Shown: one piece after another, positions 59,966 to 64,000 of the stretch | Layout of the letters: every line of letters begins with the position of its first letter | How positions within the stretch are numbered: position 1 is the stretch's first letter | Source of the DNA: an uncultured Alphaproteobacteria bacterium | GTDB lineage: Bacteria > Pseudomonadota > Alphaproteobacteria > Rhizobiales > Xanthobacteraceae | Length of the DNA: 64,000 bases | Reading direction: 5' to 3' | NCBI GenBank assembly: GCA_963795865.1 | Contig: CAWCJX010000057.1 | Coordinates: 105,490 to 169,489, forward strand | The notes under the pieces: model-generated | Told to the model about the DNA's origin: nothing | What the model saw: the letters and a program-made list of their open reading frames with translations, nothing else | The model's database searches: none | Made by a program: the position numbers and the translations under genes

Positions 59966-59980
59966 GGCCGTCCACCCCAT

Positions 59981-60082
59981 CATTCCGGGGCACGCGCGCA
60001 GCGGTGAACCCGGAATCCAGACGGCCTCGTCGTTTGCGCAGCCTGGATTCCGGGTTCGCGCGAAGGCGCGCGCCCCGGAATG
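59981..60082. repeat. REP palindrome, two 40-nt arms (CATTCCGGGG...GAACCCGGAATCCAG / CTGGATTCCGGGTTC...CCCCGGAATG)
   Basis: Arms 59981-60020 and 60043-60082. The outer ~10 and inner ~15 nt are perfectly complementary and the middle part is partly so. This is a typical Bradyrhizobium/Rhodopseudomonas-type repeat (from memory). Confidence 0.7.
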
Positions 60083-60175
60083 ACGCGCATTAAGTGTCGC
60101 CGTTAGCTTTCGACCGAATTTGTCCGACCGCGCAGCAACTCGGACATGGCGACGCAAGTCGAGGCAAGTTTCGAT

Positions 60176-60490
60176 CTAACCCGGCATATTTTCTGTATCT
60201 GCCGGCTCGTACCAAATCGCGCAAGGTTGTCCCCGCTCGTCCAAATCCGGCAAGTCGCACCCGTCGTAGTCGCAGATACGGATGGGGAAGGGATTGCCGA
60301 GGACCCACTGCACGAGACCACCGTGGACGCCGACTGTGATGTTCGGGTGTGGCTGGCCCTGGGCGATCTTCACCGCAAGATTCTCGACTTCAGCGCTGTT
60401 CGCTGGATTGGCGTTGAGCATCGAACGCAGGGCGTCGAGAACGATCGAATGCTCGCGTGGGGTAAGTTGAAGCCAGCTGTCGTCGGTCAT
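60176..60490 (-). CDS. Hypothetical protein (104 aa)
   Basis: ORF with protein-like composition (MTDDSWLQLTPREHSIVLDALRSMLNANPANSAEVENLAVKIAQGQPHPNITVGVHGGLVQWVLGNPFPIRICDYDGCDLPDLDERGQPCAIWYEPADTENMPG). Weak SD. No family recognised. Confidence 0.4.
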   Translation of the reverse strand: MTDDSWLQLTPREHSIVLDALRSMLNANPANSAEVENLAVKIAQGQPHPNITVGVHGGLVQWVLGNPFPIRICDYDGCDLPDLDERGQPCAIWYEPADTENMPG

Positions 60491-60588
60491 CGATGGCCAG
60501 TCCTAAGTTCTTCATTTGATAGAGCCTTATAGTGAGTTCTTGATATGTTCTCAAGCGCTTTCATGCATGCGAAGTTCAACTCCCGGCC

Positions 60589-60840
60589 TCATCCACCGAA
60601 GCGCTCGCGATAACGGCGCGCTGCTGCTTTCAGTTTCTCGTTTGGCTCTGGCGGGTTGTTCGGGGCATTGTGGAGGACATCCCCATCCTCGGCCGAAAGC
60701 GCGATCTTTTCGCGCTCGGTCGTGACCCATTCAGCCGCCGGGTCCACGGGAGCAAGGTCGGGCATAGCGTTGTCCGTTGCCGCTCGCTTCAGCGGGCCTC
60801 GGACTCGTCCGTGAATTATCGCTTCAATCGGAGTGAATGA
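60589..60840 (-). CDS. Hypothetical small protein; C-terminal part weakly resembles DUF1778/TacA-type antitoxins
   Basis: 3' part of ORF 60589..61110; the 5' part of that ORF is REP-encoded and not credible. ...AAEWVTTEREKIALSAEDGDVLHNAPNNPPEPNEKLKAAARRYRERFGG resembles the A-x-E-x-V...(L/F)-x-L-x-x-x-D...P-x-P-N-x-x-L-K tail of DUF1778 proteins. Start codon unclear. Confidence 0.25.
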   Translation of the reverse strand, partial: SFTPIEAIIHGRVRGPLKRAATDNAMPDLAPVDPAAEWVTTEREKIALSAEDGDVLHNAPNNPPEPNEKLKAAARRYRERFGG

Positions 60841-60853
60841 ACGGCTTTTCTGC

Positions 60854-60959
60854 TCCCTCTCCCGCTTGCGGGGGAGGGTTGGGGAGGGGGCTCTCGCAGC
60901 GAAGTCTCTGCACTGGAATTGCCCCCTCCCTGACCCTCCCCCGCAAGCGGGAGAGGGGA
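60854..60959. repeat. Composite REP palindrome: two inverted ~38-nt units, each with its own CTCCCGCTTGCGGGGAG-type hairpin
   Basis: TCCCTCTCCCGCTTGCGGGGGAGGGTTGGGGAGGGGGC (60854-60891) against GCCCCCTCCCTGACCCTCCCCCGCAAGCGGGAGAGGGGA (60921-60959). Further single units lie at 61426..61463 and 63270..63306. Confidence 0.75.
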
Positions 60960-61112
60960 CGAAAACTGAAATCGATTGTTGGCGACTTCGCGGCAGCATT
61001 GTTTTGGTGCACCCAAGGCAGAAGCGAAAAGTTACACGTTTTGCGACTTGACCTCCGCCCCGATCCATCCTATTTATGTCGCTACGCAACATTCTACCCA
61101 GCGGACGCATCC

Positions 61113-61163
61113 ATGCGCAATTTTGTTATCGTACTTAGAGGGCGCATCGCCGGGGGCGGGTAA
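61113..61163 (+). CDS. Candidate ilvIH leader peptide MRNFVIVLRGRIAGGG (16 codons, Val-Ile-Val-Leu run)
   Basis: ATG 61113, TAA 61161-61163; this is the tail of track ORF 60837..61163. Four consecutive branched-chain codons lie at 61125-61136. They are followed by a perfect 10-bp stem (61142-61151 with 61178-61187) and a GC hairpin plus T6, all upstream of ilvI. Confidence 0.45.
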   Translation: MRNFVIVLRGRIAGGG

Positions 61164-61191
61164 CCGTCCGCGAATGAGGCGATGCGCGACC

Positions 61192-61214
61192 AGGGGCCTT
61201 CGGGGCCCTTTTTT
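61192..61214 (+). terminator. Intrinsic terminator-like hairpin (attenuator terminator candidate) upstream of ilvI
   Basis: GGGCC (61194-61198) pairs with GGCCC (61204-61208) around a TTCGG loop, followed directly by TTTTTT (61209-61214). There is no plus-strand gene upstream for it to terminate. Confidence 0.5.
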
Positions 61215-61425
61215 AATGCCCGGACGACAACCCGACCGCAGCAGCGACACCAGCGCGAAAACCAACGGAGCCTGTCATGGCCACGCAAACCACAAGAACC
61301 GCTCCCAAGCCGAAGCAGGATGCCAAGGCGGCGAGCCCCACCACCGGGACCGAGTCCGCGGCGGCGGCAGGCGCCAAGCCTGGACGTAACCAGACGGTCT
61401 CGGTCAGCGCGTCCGCGAGGCAGCC

Positions 61426-61463
61426 GCCCCCTCCCCAGCCCTCCCCCGCAAGCGGGGGAGGGA
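61426..61463. repeat. Single REP unit (same family as 60854..60959) lying inside the 5' extension of the ilvI ORF
   Basis: GCCCCCTCCCCAGCCCTCCCCCGCAAGCGGGGGAGGGA. It is translated in ORF 61277..61807 as ...[14 protein letters not shown]... Confidence 0.7.
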
Positions 61464-61492
61464 GTGCGCTCGCGCCCTCCGCCGGCGAGCAG

Positions 61493-63256
61493 ATGACCGG
61501 CGCCGAGATGGTGATCCGGGCGCTCGCCGACCAGGGCGTCGCGCACATGTTCGGCTATCCGGGCGGCGCGGTGCTGCCGATCTATGACGCGCTGTTCCAC
61601 CAGGACAAGGTGCGCCACATCCTGGTGCGCCACGAGCAGGGCGCGGTCCATGCGGCGGAGGGCTATGCCCGCTCGACCGGCAAGGTCGGCTGCGTGCTGG
61701 TCACCTCGGGGCCGGGCGCGACCAATGCCGTCACCGGGCTCACCGATGCGCTGATGCGACTCGATCCCGCTGGTCGTGCATCACCGGCCAGGTGCCGACC
61801 CACCTGATCGGCACCGACGCGTTCCAGGAATGCGACACCGTCGGCATCACCCGGCCCTGCACCAAGTACAATTACCTGGTGAAGGACGTCGCCGACCTGC
61901 CGCGCGTGCTGCACGAGGCGTTCTACGTCGCGGCGAGCGGCCGGCCCGGCCCGGTGGTGGTCGACATCCCCAAGGACATCCAGTTCGCCATCGGCACCTA
62001 TGCCAGGCCGACCGAGTTCCAGCACAAGGGCTACCGTCCGCAGGCTCGAGGGCGACCCCGCCAGGATCAAGGCGGCGGTCGAGCTGATGGCGGGGGCGAA
62101 GCGCGCCGCTGTTCTACACCGGCGGCGGCGTCATCAATTCCGGGCCGCGCGCGACCGCGCTGCTGCGCGAGCTGGTCCGGCTCACCGGCTTTCCCGGTCA
62201 CCTCGACCCTGATGGGGCTCGGCGCCTATGCCGGCCGCCGATCCGCAATGGCTCGGCATGCTCGGCATGCACGGCACCTACGAGGCCAACCTCGCCATGC
62301 ACGACTGCGACGTGATGATCTGCGTCGGCGCGCGGTTCGACGACCGCATCACCGGCCGGCTCGACGCGTTCTCGCCGGGCTCGAAGAAGATCCACATCGA
62401 CATCGACCCGTCCTCGATCAACAAGAACGTCAAGGTCGACATCCCCATCATCGGCGACTGCGCCCATGTGCTGGAGGACATGGTCGCGGCTGTGGCGCGC
62501 CGCGGCGCCGCGCGGCCGGATCAAGCGACGGCGCTGCAAGGCCTGGTGGGAGCAGATCGAGCGCTGGCGCGGCGCGCAAGAGCCTCGCCTACCGGCCCTC
62601 CGACGACGGTGATCAAGCCGCAATACGCGATCCAGCGGCTCTACGAGCTGACCCGGGACCGCGACGTCTACATCACCACCGAGGTCGGCCAGCACCAGAT
62701 GTGGGCGGCGCAGTTCTTCGGCTTCGAGGAGCCGAACCGCTGGATGACCTCGGGCGGCCTCGGCACCATGGGCTATGGCCTGCCGGCCGCGGTCGGCGTG
62801 CAGCTCGCGCATCCGAAGTCGCTCGTCATCGACATCGCCGGCGAGGCCTCGGTGCTGATGACCATGCAGGAGATGTCGACCGCGGTGCAGTACCGGCTGC
62901 CGATCAAGATCTTCATCATCAACAACCAGTACATGGGCATGGTGCGGCAGTGGCAGGAGCTGCTGCACGGCGGGCGCTATTCGGAGAGCTACACCGAGGC
63001 GCTGCCGGACTTCGTCAAGCTCGCCGAGGCCTATCACGCGGTCGGCATCCGCTGCGACGAAGCCGGGCGACCTCGACGGCGCGATCCGCGAGATGATCGA
63101 CGTCGACCGGCCGGTGATCTTCGACTGCGTGGTCGACCAGACCGAGAACTGCTTCCCGATGATCCCGTCCGGCCGCGCCCACAACGAGATGCTCCTGGGC
63201 GACGCCGCCGAAAGCTCGAGGACGCCATCACCGAGGAAGGCAAGATGATGGTGTGA
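61493..63256 (+). pseudogene. ilvI: Acetolactate synthase (AHAS) large subunit IlvI, reading frame broken about 12 times
   Basis: Recoverable only by frame hopping across ORFs 61277..61807, 61792..63096, 62000..62212, 62228..63256 and others. The pieces read: [35 protein letters not shown]...[19 protein letters not shown] / DSIPLV / [34 protein letters not shown]...DIPKDIQFA...GYRPQ / [20 protein letters not shown] / [29 protein letters not shown] / [12 protein letters not shown] / [42 protein letters not shown]...CAHVLEDMV / RLWRAAAPR / PDQA / [13 protein letters not shown] / [10 protein letters not shown] / [12 protein letters not shown]...[15 protein letters not shown]...[14 protein letters not shown]...IRCDE / [43 protein letters not shown] / LEDAITEEGKMMV-stop. 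An alternative upstream start is ATG 61277 (after GGAG). Confidence 0.85.
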
Positions 63257-63269
63257 GGCCTGCTTCACG

Positions 63270-63306
63270 TCCCTCGCCCGCTTGCGAGGGAGGGTCGGGA
63301 TGGGGC
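63270..63306. repeat. Single, diverged REP unit (same family, inverted orientation) between ilvI and ilvH
   Basis: TCCCTCGCCCGCTTGCGAGGGAGGGTCGGGATGGGGC; compare with 60854-60891. Confidence 0.6.
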
Positions 63307-63403
63307 GATTCAGGCACAACGCTCGAGAGCCCCTCCGCAGCCTCCCCTCAGCGGGACGGACTCAGCGCCGTCGTGAGACACGCGCCGCACCGGCAACGAG
63401 TCC

Positions 63404-63908
63404 ATGCAGACATCGAGACGCCACACCCTCGCGGTGCTCGTCGACAACGAGCCGGGCGTGCTGGCGCGGGTGATCGGGCTGTTCTCCGGGCGCGGCTACA
63501 ACATCGAGAGCCTCACCGTCTCGGAGACCGAGCACCAGAAGCATCTGTCGCGCATCACCATCGTCACCCGCGGCACGCCGATGGTGATCGAGCAGATCAA
63601 GAACCAGCTCGACCGGCTGGTGCCGGTCCACCGCGTCGTCGACATGACGCTCGCCGGCCCGGCGATCGAGCGCGAGCTCGCCATGGTCAAGGTGCGCGGC
63701 AAGGGCGACAACCGCGTCGAGGCGCTGCGGCTGGCCGACGCCTTCCGCGCCCGCGTGATCGACGCCACCACCGAGAGCTTCGTGTTCGAGATCACCGGCG
63801 GCACCGGCAAGATCGACCAGTTCGTCGCGCTGATGCTGCCGCTCGGCCTGGTCGAGGTCTCGCGCACCGGCATCGTCGCCATCAGCCGCGGCGCCGGAGG
63901 GGATGTAG
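63404..63908 (+). pseudogene. ilvH: Acetolactate synthase small (regulatory) subunit IlvH; stop codon bypassed by a 1-nt excess near the 3' end
   Basis: Not in the ORF track because, as written, it reads through to the window end. Own translation from ATG 63404: MQTSRRHTLAVLVDNEPGVLARVIGLFSGRGYNIESLTVSETEHQKHLSRITIVTRGTPMVIEQIKNQLDRLVPVHRV...FVFEITGGTGKIDQFVALMLPLGLVEVSRTGIVAISRGA. GCC-GGA-GGG-GAT-GTA-GGT would read GCC-GAG-GGG-ATG-TAG (..AEGM-stop, 63906-63908) if one G at 63896-63897 is removed. Confidence 0.85.
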
Positions 63909-64000
63909 GTGCCGAGGTCAGTCGCAGCTGCGCAGGATGGCTAGTGCTCTGCGAAACCATCGGACCGGCACGACGACGGGTCTCAGAAGCTCACCCATCC

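Noticed and set aside
60589-61110. Full 173-aa ORF as a real protein
   Set aside because: Its N-terminal two thirds are translations of the composite REP palindrome (..[12 protein letters not shown].., ..SPTLPRKRERE..). Only the 3' ~80 codons are considered, and those with low confidence.

Overview
High-GC (about 65% by eye) alphaproteobacterial chromosome segment. Gene content and REP palindromes look Bradyrhizobiaceae/Nitrobacteraceae-like; this is inference from protein families, since no database search was possible. I count about 55 protein-coding loci and saw no rRNA, tRNA or CRISPR array. 1-10.6 kb is conserved housekeeping: ptrB, mucR/ros, sufE, a PAS histidine kinase, DUF1491/DUF2336 and a porin-like OMP. 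10.6-20.2 kb looks like an old, decayed insertion with integrase and DUF2130 fragments. It carries a 10x Sel1-repeat protein, a TauD dioxygenase, a ClpS paralogue, a divergent PQQ dehydrogenase, two tandem copies of an unrecognised periplasmic protein and an NHL propeller. Next come hsp20-lon, a secreted caspase-YARHG / M15 peptidase pair, an SPFH protein and several redox enzymes. These are followed by a second PQQ dehydrogenase plus aldo-keto reductase with a divergent di-haem cytochrome c, a hemerythrin-tailed P1B-5 metal ATPase, a beta-carbonic anhydrase and katG-oxyR. The last part holds transporters, a P450, Crp/Fnr, pncA, a low-GC DpnI-like methyl-directed restriction gene remnant, an IS110 element in a REP-rich patch, and ilvIH preceded by a candidate leader-peptide attenuator. 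The most striking global property is that 16 clearly recognisable genes are interrupted by about 40 single-nucleotide indels that I could localise. They are very unevenly distributed: none in the 2.3-kb ATPase gene or either 1.7-kb PQQ dehydrogenase gene, about 12 in ilvI and 6 in atoE. This is either consensus error or real gene decay and cannot be settled from the sequence alone. The best candidate for something undescribed is the divergent PQQ dehydrogenases (lanthanide-type DYD signature, no Cys-Cys ring) together with a three-member family of unrecognised periplasmic proteins.
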